Positions 49,680 through 59,965 are shown, counted from the stretch's first letter. The stretch is 64,000 bases of DNA from an uncultured Alphaproteobacteria bacterium (GCA_963795865.1 CAWCJX010000057.1:105490-169489), one strand, 5' to 3'. Translations and numbers: made by a program. The notes: generated by a model not told the origin, from the sequence alone.

Positions 49680-49794
49680 GCTGCGCCTGTTGGAGGAGGG
49701 GCACTGGTTTCGCGATCAGGCCCTGTCGTTCTGCAAGATGCAATCGTCGCCGCCACGCGAGGTGCTGGACGCGAGCTCGCTGTCGACGCTCGTG
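49680..49794 (+). repeat. 115-nt near-identical (112/115) direct copy of an internal oxyR segment (48062..48176); oxyR gene fragment
   Basis: Base-by-base comparison shows 3 mismatches: gctgcTcc/gctgcGcc, cactgTtt/cactgGtt, gtgctTga/gtgctGga. Encodes LLEEGH(C/W)FRDQALSFCKMQSSPPREVLDASSLSTLV. Starts 26 nt after the mipA stop. Confidence 0.85.
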
Positions 49795-50034
49795 GTGGCG
49801 GCACTGCTCCCCAGAAACCGGCCGCCGTGGGCGGCGGGCAGGCCACCGAGTGGGGGCCGCAGGTGCCCGCAACCCGGCCTCTTTGTGGGATGCTGAAGTC
49901 GCCTTGCCTTTGATCGCGCGAGGGGAGGGCCATGAATGTCCGTGATCTTCCGCATCGCCACGGCGTAGACCGATCCGCCACGACCGGCTAAATCGATTGC
50001 GGGAGTCCCCGTTCAGGCATGCCGAGGGCTGCAG

Positions 50035-51345
50035 ATGGCAGTGGTACACGAAGTTGCGCAGCCGGTGGCTTTGTCCGATCGCGGTGCGGTCACGGCGATC
50101 GTCGCTTCGACCATCGGCTGGTCGCTCGACTTCTTCGACCTGCTGATCCTGCTCTATGTCGCGCCGGCGGTCGGCAAGGCGTTTTTCCCCTCGGACTCGC
50201 CCACATTATCGGTCGCGGCGATTTACGCCTCGTTTGCGGCGACGCTGTTCATGCGGCCGGTCGGGTCGGCCCTGTTCGGGAATTATGCGGACAAGCACGG
50301 CCGCAGGGGCGCCATGATCGTTGCGGTCATCGGGGTCGGGCTGGCCACGGCGGCATTCGGCCTGCTGCCGACGATCGCCCAGATCGGCGTCGCCGCGCCG
50401 GTCCTGTTTCTGATTCTGCGCCTGCTCCAGGGCGTATTCGTCGGCGGCGTGGTGGCCTCCACCCATACGATCGGAACCGAATCGGTTCCGCCCCATTGGC
50501 GCGGACTGACATCCGGCTTCATCAATGGTGGCGGCGTCGGCATGGGCGCGCTTTTCGCCTCGATCGCCTTCTTCGTCACCTCGTCGATCTTCACCGGGGA
50601 CAGTTTCGATGCCTGGGGCTGGCGCTTCATGTTTTTCGCCGGAATCCTGAACTCGGTGTTCGGCGTGTTGATCTTCGGGGCGCTCGAGGAATCGCCGATC
50701 TGGAAAGCGATGGATCGTGCGAAAGAAAAGCCGCAGGCTCCGCTCAGGGCCTTGTTCTCGGCGCGGCATGCGGGCGCGCTCGCGAGCAATGTCCTGATCA
50801 TCGCCGGCAGCGGCGTCGGCTATTATCTCACCTCCGGTTACATGCCGACCTTCCTCAAGCTGGTCAAAGAGGTCCCGAACGCGACCGCTTCGGTCGTGCT
50901 CATGGCCGCGAGCCTCGTCACCATCGTCGCACAGATGTCGGCCGGACACTTGAGCGAGGTGATCGGCCGCAGGCGCACCTTCATTGTCATCGGCGTCGTC
51001 AACGTGGTTGGGCTGCCGGCGTGCTATCTGCTGCTCGGCCGGACCAACGACATCGGCATGATCGCGCTTTATTCGCTGGCGCTCACCTTCCTCGCCAATG
51101 CTGCCATAGGGCCGGCCATGATCTTCCTCAACGAACGCTTCCCCACGGCGGTGCGCGCCAGCGGGACCAGCCTGTCGTGGAACCTCGGCTTTGCGCTGGG
51201 CGGATTGGCGCCGGTTTTCGTGTCGCTCGCCAGCGGATCGGTCGCGGGACTTCCGACGACGCTCGCGGTGTTCTGCGCCATCGGCTCCCTGATCTATCTC
51301 ATCGGCGCACTGGTCGTGCCGGAGACGAAGGGGCAATTCACCTGA
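50035..51345 (+). CDS. MFS transporter (metabolite:H+ symporter-like)
   Basis: 436-aa ORF. GWSLDFFDLLILLYVAP..., GNYADKHGRRGAM, 12-TM pattern. Confidence 0.85.
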   Translation: MAVVHEVAQPVALSDRGAVTAIVASTIGWSLDFFDLLILLYVAPAVGKAFFPSDSPTLSVAAIYASFAATLFMRPVGSALFGNYADKHGRRGAMIVAVIGVGLATAAFGLLPTIAQIGVAAPVLFLILRLLQGVFVGGVVASTHTIGTESVPPHWRGLTSGFINGGGVGMGALFASIAFFVTSSIFTGDSFDAWGWRFMFFAGILNSVFGVLIFGALEESPIWKAMDRAKEKPQAPLRALFSARHAGALASNVLIIAGSGVGYYLTSGYMPTFLKLVKEVPNATASVVLMAASLVTIVAQMSAGHLSEVIGRRRTFIVIGVVNVVGLPACYLLLGRTNDIGMIALYSLALTFLANAAIGPAMIFLNERFPTAVRASGTSLSWNLGFALGGLAPVFVSLASGSVAGLPTTLAVFCAIGSLIYLIGALVVPETKGQFT

Positions 51346-51364
51346 ACCCCTGTGTCTCGCCCAT

Positions 51365-52739
51365 TCATCCCCTCACTCGCAGGCGGAAGCGCGCGGGGCG
51401 GTCGGGCTGCGTCGTGATCACGGTGACCGGCAGCACGGGCGTTTCGTCGGCGAGCGCAAATTCGAATCGCTGCACCAGCATCGCCAGCACCAGGCCGGCC
51501 TCGGCCAGGGCAAATTGGGCGCCGACGCAGATGCGCGGACCGGCGCCGAACGGCAGATAGGCGAAGCGGTGCGCCGGCGGCTTGTCGCCGACAAAGCGGG
51601 AGGGATCGAAGGCGTCGGGATCGTTCCACAGGCGCACGTGCCGGTGCAGCACCCACGGGGATATCATGACCAGCGATCCGCCGGGGATGGCGGCGCCGTC
51701 CACCCGGTCATCCGCGATGGCGACGCGCGCGATCGCGGCCGCGGGCGGATAGAGGCGCAGCGCCTCGTTCACCACCGCGCGCGTATAAGGCAGCTTCGGC
51801 AGCGCCGCGCCGGCCGCTTCGATCGAAAGATCGATCGCGGCCACCTCTTCCGCCACCCGGTTCTGCTCGGCCGGCGCCGATGCCAGGAGATAAAGCGACC
51901 AGAACAGCGTGAGCGCGGTCGTCTCGTGGCCGGCGACGATCATGGTCGCCACCTGGTCGCGCAACTGGGCCGGCGAAAACGCCGCCCCGGTTTCGGGGTC
52001 GCGCGCCGCGAGCAGGACGTCGAACAGGTCCCGCGGCTGGTCGCTCGGCGGTTCGCGCAGCCGTGCCGCGACGATCTCGTCCATCAGGCCGATCCAGCGG
52101 GTGCGAAACCGCGCCCGGGCGAGGTCGCGCCACGACGGAATTCCGACCGGCAGCATCAGGTCGAGAAAGTAAGGCCGCCCGAGGCTGGCCGCGAAGTCCG
52201 GAGATCATCCGCCGCAGCGCCGGACCATAGCGGTGCATCTCGAGGGAGAACATCGAGCGCGCCGCGACCTCGAGGGCGAGGAACTGCATCGCGGCGAGGA
52301 GGTCCACGGGTTGCGAGGCGTCGGCGGCGAGGCGCGCGATCGCCTCCTGCGCGGCGCCGGCCACGTGCCGGGCGAGCATGGGAAGGACGCGCGGCGCGAG
52401 CGTCGGGGCGATGGTCCGGCGCTGGTGCCGCCACTCCTCGCCTTCGCTCAGGATCAGGCCTTCGCCGACGATCGGACGCAGGATCCGTACCGTGGCCGAG
52501 GTCCGCCGGTAGTTCGCGGTGTTGTCGACCAGCACATGGTGGATCGCATCGGGAGCATTGAGCAGGAAGCGTTTGCGACCGAGGAAGCTTTGGGCCAGCA
52601 CGTCGCTGGAGTAGGCCTCGCGCGGCCAGATCTGCAGCGCATTGGTGCGGAGCGCGACCAGCAGGCGATACCAGCCCAGACTGTGCTCCGGCGGCGCCGG
52701 GCGCGGGGGAACGAAATGCTGGCGCGTGTGCGCGTTCAT
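51365..52739 (-). pseudogene. Cytochrome P450, frame broken once
   Basis: ORF 51708..52739 gives the N-terminal half, MNAHTRQHFVPPRP...EGEEWRHQRRTIAP...RYGPALRRMIS. ORF 51365..52156 gives the C-terminal half: (DFAASLGRPYFLD)LMLPVGIPSW...VAGHETTA...EALRLYPP...FLPFGAGPRICVGAQFA (haem Cys loop). One-base excess at 52198-52201. Confidence 0.85.
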
Positions 52740-52878
52740 GGCGGGATTTCACCCCCGGCTCGTGGCGATCTGATGACCGCCGGACCCGTGCCGGGACCAC
52801 AACGGACGGCCTTCCGATCTGGCGGCCGCACGTCGTACCTTCCGCCCGCGGCTCTGCGCCGTCGCGACGATCCGGCCG

Positions 52879-53738
52879 CTACTTCCGCACCTCTTTGAAA
52901 TACCTCAGATCGGGCGGCGGCTGGTCCTTCCTGGTGGGCATCAGCCTGCCTTCGCTGCTCTTGAAATAGGTTTCATTGCCGATCTTGATGAGCACGTTGT
53001 CGCCGATGCAGTCGTATTCCAGCCAGTTCGGATAGGCATCGGGATTGCGGCTATAGGTCTTGAGCACCTTCCAGGGGCGCGTGAACGCATGGTCGATCAA
53101 CGTGATCTCGTCGGTCAGGAGAGTAGGCTTGCTCCTGTCGAACGAGATGCGCTCCTTGACGATGGATTGATTGTCGGCATGGGTCGGCATGCCCGACGGG
53201 TCCAGGGTGCGCGGACCCTTGAAGTGGCGGGTTTCGACCTCGAGCACGTTGAAGTGGCCGTCACCGTTCTCGTCGATCCATTTGCCGATGGAATAGCCGA
53301 GGAAACTCGGCTCGACCTCCTTCGGCCAGTCGCGTCCGTCGGTATAAATCCGTCGGTGGGAATCGTGGACATGATCGATCAGGACATAGGTGATTTCCGG
53401 CAGCACGACGATTTCCATGGCCTGGAACAGGCTCATCATTCCCGGCATGCCGGGCGGAAGGCAAATGGCGCCGGTGTGCCAGTTGCCCTGTCCGCCGGCG
53501 GCCTGATCGGCCAGGCTCGCCTCGAGAACCTTCTGATACTCCGGGGTCAAAGGGGCCTGTTGTCCGAGACCCCAGGGCTTGTACGGATCGAAGCCTGGCT
53601 GTCCCCGACTCCGGGGATGCGGACGGCGAGCCATTGCCCGGCCAGGTCGGGATATTTGGAATCGTCGAAGGCCCGGGCGTCCGTGGCCACCAGCGCTGCC
53701 GCAAGGACAACGGCCGAGACTGCGCTCCTCCACAGCAT
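52879..53738 (-). pseudogene. Secreted protein of the unrecognised family (paralogue 3), frame broken once
   Basis: ATG at 53738 follows AGGAGG. MLWRSAVSAVVLAAALVATDARAFDDSKYPDLAGQWLAVRIPGVG lies in the frame of ORF 53547..54419. ORF 52879..53877 then continues: GQPGFDPYKPWGLG...GAICLPPGMPGMM...HRRIYTDG...PSFLGYSIGKW...LEYDCIGDN. One base is missing in the CCCC/GGGG run at 53603-53606. Confidence 0.65.
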
Positions 53739-54083
53739 CTTTTCCTCCTTGAAATCCGCCCCTGTCGCCGCGCCGCAAATCCGGCGAGGCGCTGGAATGG
53801 GTTGTCTCGTCGCGCCAAAATTTCGGCGGAGGCGCCGCCTGCCGATGATCCCGCTGGGAGTTCGGCACCTCCCGCACCGGGCAGCCGTCGCGGACGATAC
53901 AGCAGACGGCCCGTGCGCGGAAGGGCAGGTGAGGGCGGGCGAAGCTCGGTGCGGCGCATGATCTCGGGTGTGATCGAAGCCGGTTGAGCCTGCCCGCGAC
54001 CGCTCGCCGGCCGAGCGGCCGCCGCCGGCGGGCGTTCGGGGAGATCGATTGGAAAATCCAGGCCGTGGCATTATGATGCCGTC

Positions 54084-54813
54084 ATGCCGCCAGGTCGTGA
54101 AAATCACCCCCAGCACCGCAGCGCCGATAAGCGTGCCATCCTGCGGGATCATTACCTTTTCAGGAAGCTCACGCCGCAACAGATCGATCGTCTCGGCGCC
54201 TGCATCGTCGGGAAAACGGTGAAGCGCGGCACCCATATATTCGCCAAGGGCGATGCCGGGTCCAGCCTGTTCGCGATCGGCACGGGAACGGTGAAGAATC
54301 AGCGTTCCGTCGGTGGAAGGCAAGGATGCCGTGCTCAACGTGGTCAGCAAGGGCGACATCTTCGGCGAGATTGCGCTGCTGGACGGCCAGCCCCGCACCG
54401 CCGATGCCACCGCGGTCACCGACTGCGAGCTCTACGTCATCGAGAGGCGGGATTTTCTGCCGGTGGTGCGCGAGGAACCGGAAATCGCACTCAAGCTCAT
54501 CGAAATATTGTGCTCGCGCGTGCGCCGGACCAGCGAACAGGCGGAAGAGGTGATGTTCCTCGACCTGCCGAGCCGTCTCGCCAAGGCCCTCATGCGTCTC
54601 CTCGATGCCGATACCGCCGGCATGCGCGAGCGCAAGATTTCGATCACCCAGAAGGATCTCGGCAACCTCATCGGAATGTCGCGCGAAAGCGTCAACAAGC
54701 AGTTGCGCATCTGGGAAGACAAGAAATGGGTGCGCCTCGAGCGCAACGCCGTGGTGATATTGGCGCTCGATCCGATCGCCGCGATCGCCGAGGAAGGTGG
54801 CCACGGGGCCTGA
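54084..54813 (+). pseudogene. Crp/Fnr family transcriptional regulator, frame broken once
   Basis: ORF 54084..55148 starts ...KRAILRDHYLFRKLTPQQIDRLGACIVGKTVKRGTHIFAKGDAGSSLFAIGTGTVK. ORF 54313..54813 then continues (ISVPSV)EGKDAVLNVVSKGDIFGEIALLDGQPRTADA...ITQKDLGNLIGMSRESVNKQLRIWEDKKWV (HTH). Extra A at 54297-54298. Confidence 0.8.
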
Positions 54814-54939
54814 GCGGAAACGGCTTGCCCAAACAGACGGGAGCCCTCTCTTCCGGTCTCACACCCGAGATGGGCGGCGCGCCATGTCCGCCGCATGTGC
54901 GGAGGGCTGGAGGCGCCGGCCTCGCAGGAGAGGACGGAA

Positions 54940-55497
54940 ATGACCACGCGCAACGTCGCCGTCATCGTCGGCAGCATCCGCACGGGTTCCCTCAACCGCA
55001 TGACGGCGCATGCGCTCGTGGGCTTCGCGCCGGCCTCGCTCGCAATGGAGATCGTCGAGATCGGCCGTCTGCCGCTCTACAATCAGGACCTCGAAGCCGA
55101 TCCGCCGGCGGAATGGACCGCATTCCGGCAGCGCATCAAGGCCGCTGATGCGGTGCTGTTCGTCACGCCGGAGCACAACCGCTCGGTTCCCGCCGCGCTG
55201 AAGAACGCCATCGACATCGCCTCGCGCCCCTATGGCAGCAATTGCTGGGACGGCAAGCCGGCCGGCATCGTCAGCGTCTCGCCGGGCGCGATCGGCGGCT
55301 TCGGCGCCAATCATCATCTGCGCCAGTCGCTGGTGTTCCTCAACATGCCGGCGCTGCAGCAGCCCGAGGCCTATATCGGCGGCGCCGCAGCGCTGTTCGA
55401 CGGCGACGGCAAGCTCATCAATGCCGGCACCGCGGAGTTCCTGAAGAAATTCATGCAGGCCTTCGCCGGCTGGATCGAAACCGTGGCGCGTGCTTGA
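54940..55497 (+). CDS. NAD(P)H-dependent FMN reductase family oxidoreductase
   Basis: ORF 54895..55497. ATG at 54940 follows GGAGAGGA. MTTRNVAVIVGSIRTGSLNR...ADAVLFVTPEHNRSVPAALKNAIDIASRP. Confidence 0.85.
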   Translation: MTTRNVAVIVGSIRTGSLNRMTAHALVGFAPASLAMEIVEIGRLPLYNQDLEADPPAEWTAFRQRIKAADAVLFVTPEHNRSVPAALKNAIDIASRPYGSNCWDGKPAGIVSVSPGAIGGFGANHHLRQSLVFLNMPALQQPEAYIGGAAALFDGDGKLINAGTAEFLKKFMQAFAGWIETVARA

Positions 55498-55536
55498 AAC
55501 CCGCGCCCGGCGCGCCGCTATGAACGGGAGTGCCGC

Positions 55537-56390
55537 ATGAGACACCGCCGGTTCGGGACCGCGGCGCGCGACGTGGCGGTGATCGGCCAGGGCACCTGGT
55601 ACATCGAGCATGCCGACCGCCGCGCCGCGATTGCAGCGCTGCGGCGCGGCCTCGATCTCGGCATGAACCACATCGACACCGCCGAGATGTACGGCGACGG
55701 CGCCGCCGAGCGCCTGGTCGGCGAAGCCATCGCCGGGCGGCGCGAGGAGGCGTTCCTGGTCTCCAAGGTGCTGCCGCACAACGCCTCGCGCGCCGGCACC
55801 GTCGCCGCCTGCGAGCGCTCGCTCGCGCGCCTCGCCACCGACCGGCTCGACTGCTACCTGCTGCACTGGCGCGGCGCCCATCCCCTCGCCGAGACCATCG
55901 CGGCGTTCGAGGAGCTGCAGCGGAGCGGCAAGATCATGTCCTGGGGCGTGAGCAATTTCGACGCCGGCGAACTCGAGGAGGCGAGACCGAGGCGACCATC
56001 GCCGGCCCCGGGCGCATCGCCTGCGACCAGGTGCTCTATCATCCCGGCCAGCGCGACATCGAGCATGCCGTGATCCCGTGGTGCGAGGCCCACGGCGCCG
56101 CCGTCGTGGCCTACAGCCCGTTCGGCCACGACAGCTTCCCCGGCCCGCGCAGCCCCGGCGGCCGCGTGCTCGCCGAGATCGCGCGCGCCCATGGCGCCAC
56201 GCCGCGCCAGGTGGCGCTCGCCTTCCTGGTGCGCCGGCCGAATGTGTTCGCGATCCCCAAGGCCGCGAGCCTCGCTCATGTCGAGGAGAACGCCGGGGCA
56301 GGGGAGTGCAACTCGCGCCGGACGAGATCGCGCGGATCGATAGAGGCGTTTCCGCTCGGGCGGCCGTTGCGCTCGCTGCCGATGCTGTGA
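55537..56390 (+). pseudogene. Aldo/keto reductase, frame broken about 3 times (last two compensating)
   Basis: ORF 55537..56073 reads MRHRRFG...GTWYIEH...[23 protein letters not shown]...[10 protein letters not shown]...[17 protein letters not shown] 55530..56390 then gives ...[43 protein letters not shown]...ATPRQVALAFLVRRPNVFAIPKAASLAHVEENAGAG. ORF 56078..56452 gives QLAPDEIARID. The frame then returns for EAFPLGRPLRSLPML-stop. Frame changes lie near 55980, 56303 and 56341. Confidence 0.8.
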
Positions 56391-56673
56391 GCCGAGGTGC
56401 CCACTTCCGGGAGAGGAGCCGCATTTTCGAAATTCAACCCCATGCAAAGTAGAATCCCGCCGCCGTACGGTATAATTGCACCGTTCGATTGCGGGATTGG
56501 GCTGCGCCGCTCCGACCCGGGCCGGATGAATTTCGCATCTTGCGAAACAGATCGCGGCGCTTCGCGCTCCATCGTGGCTTGAATGGTGATGGGCGTTTCG
56601 CTCCCGACCCAGCGGCTACCGGATTCACACATCGGGAGACGGATGGAATTTGTGCAACCGGGACGTCGCACAC

Positions 56674-56699
56674 ACCTCTCCCCGCGTGCGGGGAGAGGT
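56674..56699. repeat. REP-type hairpin ACCTCTCCCC-GCGTGC-GGGGAGAGGT
   Basis: Perfect 10-bp stem read directly. A degenerate second copy (CTCTCCCCGCACGCGGGG) lies at about 56806-56823. Confidence 0.6.
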
Positions 56700-56991
56700 C
56701 GGCGCGCTCTTGCGCCCGGTGAGGGCATCTCCGCAGCGTCGAGCGATCAACTTGAATGCTCGAACTCGCGTCGAGGCCCCGTCACGCGATCGCAGCGCAT
56801 CCGACCTCTCCCCGCACGCGGGGCATGTGTACCATGTCCCGTTGCGCAGTGCTCACGCAGGTGGCGCTGCGAGGCACGTCAATCCCGCCGACGGCGGTGC
56901 GGCGGAATTTCGGCTATGCTTGAGTAGCGCGCAGGCCACTGCGTCATCCGCCGGAATTGCGGGAACCGCAGGAACTGGAAAGGCCGCGACC

Positions 56992-57632
56992 ATGGCAGGC
57001 AAGATCGCGATCGGCCCGTCCGATGTCCTCATCGTGGTGGACGTGCAGAACGACTTCTGCCCCGGCGGCCGCCTCGCGGTGCCGCGTGGCGACGAGGTCG
57101 TCGTGCCGATCAACCGCCTTGCCGCCAAATTCGCCCATGTGGTGCTGACCCAGGACTGGCATCCGCCCGGCCACCTGTCGTTTGCCTCCTCGCATCCGGG
57201 GCGCCGGCCGTTCGAGAGCATCGCCATGCCCTACGGCGCGCAGGTGCTGTGGCCGGACCATTGCGTGCAAGGCACGCCGGGCGCGGCGTTCCACCCCGCG
57301 CTCGACATTCCCCATGCCGCGCTGGTGATCCGCAAGGGCTTTCGCCAGGCCGATCGATTCCTATTCGGCGTTCTACGAGAACGACCGCACCACCCCGACC
57401 GGCCTCGGCGGCTACCTGCACGAGCGCGGCCTGCGGCGCGCCTTCCTCGCCGGCCTCGCCTTCGACTTCTGCGTGCGCTATTCCGCCGAGGACGCCGCGT
57501 CGCCGCGGCCTCGAAGCCGTCGTCATCGAGGACGCCTGCCGCGGCATCGACCTCGCCGGCTCGATGGCGGCGACGCGGGCGAGCCTGGCGGAGCGGGGGG
57601 TGGTGTGCGTGGGGGCGGGGGAGGTGGCGTAA
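56992..57632 (+). pseudogene. pncA: Nicotinamidase/pyrazinamidase PncA (isochorismatase fold), frame broken twice
   Basis: Inside ORF 56650..57960: MAGKIAIGPSDVLIVVDVQNDFCPGGRLAV...VLTQDWHPPGHLSFASSH...LWPDHCVQGTPGAAFHP...IRKGFRQA. A second frame then gives IDSYSAFYENDRTTPTGLGGYLHERGLRRAFLAGLAFDFCVRYSAEDAA. ORF 57249..57632 gives RRGLEAVVIEDACRGID...ERGVVCVGAGEVA-stop. Frame changes lie near 57350 and 57500. Confidence 0.8.
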
Positions 57633-57669
57633 GCTTAAAGACTTTTTTATCGAATTCGAATATCCCGCT

Positions 57670-58448
57670 ATGGATGAAATTAGGATTTCGAAGAAGCTCA
57701 AACACCCTACGTCAGCGCGTCCCAAAGTGCCCGGGCCTGGACCGAACACTGGGTTCGACGGGAGGCTTACTGCCCGAGTTGTGGCCATTCGAATGTCAGT
57801 AAGTTCGAAAATAACCGACCGGTTGCGGACTTCTTTTGTACTTCATGCAATGAAGAATACGAGCTCAAAAGTCAGAAGACCAAGTTTGGTGCGAAAGTGC
57901 TCGACGGTGCATTTCGAGCCATGTGCAGTCGTCTCGCGGAAAGCAACAACCCAAATCTGATGCTGTTGAAATACGATCGGAAGCAATTTGAGGTCACAGA
58001 CCTTTTCGTGGTGCCGAAGCATTTCTTTGTTCGCGAAATCATCGAAGAAAGAAAACCCCTGGCTCCAACGGCTCGCCGCGCAGGATGGATCGGTTGTAAT
58101 ATCCTGCTGGATCAAATCCCCGAATCCGGAAAAATTTTTCTGGTTCGAAATCGGGCTCCTCAGCCGAAGGAGTCGGTCTCAGCCAATGGCAAAGGACCCT
58201 GTTCCTCCGTCAAGAAGGAGTTGAGGCGAGGGGCTGGCTGGTCGAAGTCATGAAATGCGTTGAGGATATCGGAAAATATGAATTCCAGCTCGACGACGTC
58301 TACGCATTCGAAGCCGCCTTAAGCAGACTTTATCCTGAAAACAGACACATCAAGCAAAAGATTCGGCAGCAGCTTCAGGTGCTCCGCGATCGCGGATATC
58401 TCGACTTCGTTTCTCGGCGGATATTACCGGCTGCGGTCACAACGATAG
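57670..58448 (+). pseudogene. DpnI-like (Dam-replacing family) methyl-directed type IIM restriction endonuclease, frame broken about 3 times
   Basis: Own translation starts MDEIR at ATG 57670. The next frame gives DFEEAQTPYVSASQSARAWTEHWVRREAYCPSCGHSNVSKFENNRPVADFFCTSCNEEYELKSQKTKFGAKVLDGAFRAMCSRLAESNNPNLMLLKYDRKQFEVTDLFVVPKHFFVREIIEERKPLAPTARRAGWIGCNILLDQIPESGKIFLVRNRAPQPKES. The next gives LSQWQRTLFLRQEGVEARGWLVEVMKCVEDIGKYEFQLDDVYAFEAALSRLYPENRHIKQKIRQQLQVLRDRGYLDFVSR. The last gives GYYRLRSQR-stop (58446-58448). It is collinear with my recollection of S. pneumoniae DpnI: catalytic domain plus C-terminal winged helix. The segment is visibly GC-poor (roughly 50%). Confidence 0.7.
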
Positions 58449-58799
58449 ACGTGCGTCCGACCGAAACCAATCGCGCGGTCCGGCTCGTCGCGCCAGACAT
58501 TTTGCCAGTCATGTATGGACGGCCCCCTCTCGGCAAGGGCTCTTTTGGTGCTTCGGCAAGCGGATCAGGTGCGGTCATGTATCCGGCCTTTGTGTGCGGT
58601 ACATTGACCGCTGGCCCTGAGGGAGTACGAGGTCGGGTTCCAATCATTCCGGCGCGCTTGAAGCGCGATGACCTATCGGAGTGTCCCGATCCCGGTCTCT
58701 GACCGATTTGCCGTCACACCATGTTTGCCCTTCCGATTCTGGGACCAACGACGCGGTCCACAAACTCAACCTCTGTTGTCGATCACGGCGCTCTCAACA

Positions 58800-59965
58800 C
58801 GCTCCTCATCGGTAGCCCATCTTGCCCTCCTCCTCGACGGCGCATGTCGTGGGCTCAGGCTGCAGCCTGCACTGAGCCGCTGTGGCGTCGATTGGGAGCG
58901 CGATAGTGCTCTCCGGTGACCAGCATGGCCCAGATGATACGGGCCATCTTGGCGGCGTATGCTACCGCCGCAACCTTGAACGGGCGCCGCCCCAACAGGG
59001 CCTGCAACCACGGATCCTTGGTGTCTCGTGTGCGCTCATAGCGTAAGTGCGCGGTGGCGCCCACGGTCAGCAGCATGCGCAGCGTGCGATCGCCCTGCTT
59101 GGAGATGCCACCCAAGCGCTGCTTGCCCCCGGTGCCGAACTGGCGTGGCGTGAGCCCCAGCCAGGCGGCGAAGTCGCGCGCGGTTTTGAATACCCGGGCG
59201 TCCGGCACTGCGGCCAGGATGGCGGTCGCCCCGATCGGCCCCAATCCCGGTATCGCCATCAGCCGCCGGGCGACTTCGATCGCTCTTGGCGGCACGCAAC
59301 GATCTCCGCTTCCAATTTGCAGATATCGGTATTGAGCGCTTCCCATTGCCGAGCCAGCACCCGCAGTGGCATGCGCGCCTTGTCCGGGATCGTGCTCGCC
59401 GGGTCCTCGAGCACCTGCATCAGCGAGCGCAGCCCTTTCAGGCCCTGCGCCGCAACGATGCCAAACTCCGTCAGTGCCGAGCGAAACGCATTTGCCGACA
59501 TGGTGCGCTGACGAACCAGCAGCCGACGGGTGCGATGCAGGACCGCAACCGCCTGGCTCTCCAGGGTCTTCACCGGCACGAACCGCATCGTCGGTCGTGT
59601 CATCGCCTCGCAAATGCCTTCGGCATCGCGCCCATCGTTCTTGTTGCGCTTCACGTAAGGCTTAACATAGGCGGGCGGCATCATCCGAACCTCGTGCCCA
59701 AACTTGGTCAGCACGCGCGCCCAATGATGCGCACCCCCACACGCCTCCATCCCCACCACACAGCGTGGCAGCTCGGCAAAAAACTTCTCCATCGGCCCAC
59801 GTCGAAGTTGACGCCGAACCACCACTTTTCCCGACGCTTCAATTCCGTGAACCTGGAACACGTTCTTCGCCAAATCCAAACCAATCATGCTAACCTTCGT
59901 CATGGACGGTCTCCTTTGCTGGCGCGAATCAACACCACCAGTCTGGCACTGATGATGCCGTCGGG
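58800..59965 (-). mobile_element. IS110-family insertion sequence (ends not determined)
   Basis: Contains the transposase gene 58855..59903. IS110 elements lack clear terminal inverted repeats, so the borders given are approximate. Flanked on the start-codon side by a REP palindrome (59981..60082), with a REP-like hairpin at ~58643-58672 on the other side. Confidence 0.7.
58855..59903 (-). pseudogene. IS110-family transposase (DEDD N-domain plus C-terminal transposase_20 domain), frame broken once
   Basis: ORF 59259..59993 has its ATG at 59903 after AGGAGA. It reads MTKVSMIGLDLAKNVFQVHGIEASGKVVVRRQL...VVGMEACGGAHHWAR...KNDGRDAEGICEA...LEAEIVA. ORF 58855..59613 then continues ...IEVARRLMAIPGLGPIGATAILAAVPDARVFKTARDFAAWLGLTPRQFGTGGKQRLGGISKQGDRTLRMLL. 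One base is missing near 59280. Confidence 0.85.

Noticed and set aside
56650-57960. Single 436-aa ORF spanning the REP region, pncA and the start of the DpnI-like gene
   Set aside because: A composite of intergenic REP sequence, frame-shifted pncA and an out-of-frame part of the DpnI-like remnant. The real genes are 56992..57632 and 57670..58448.
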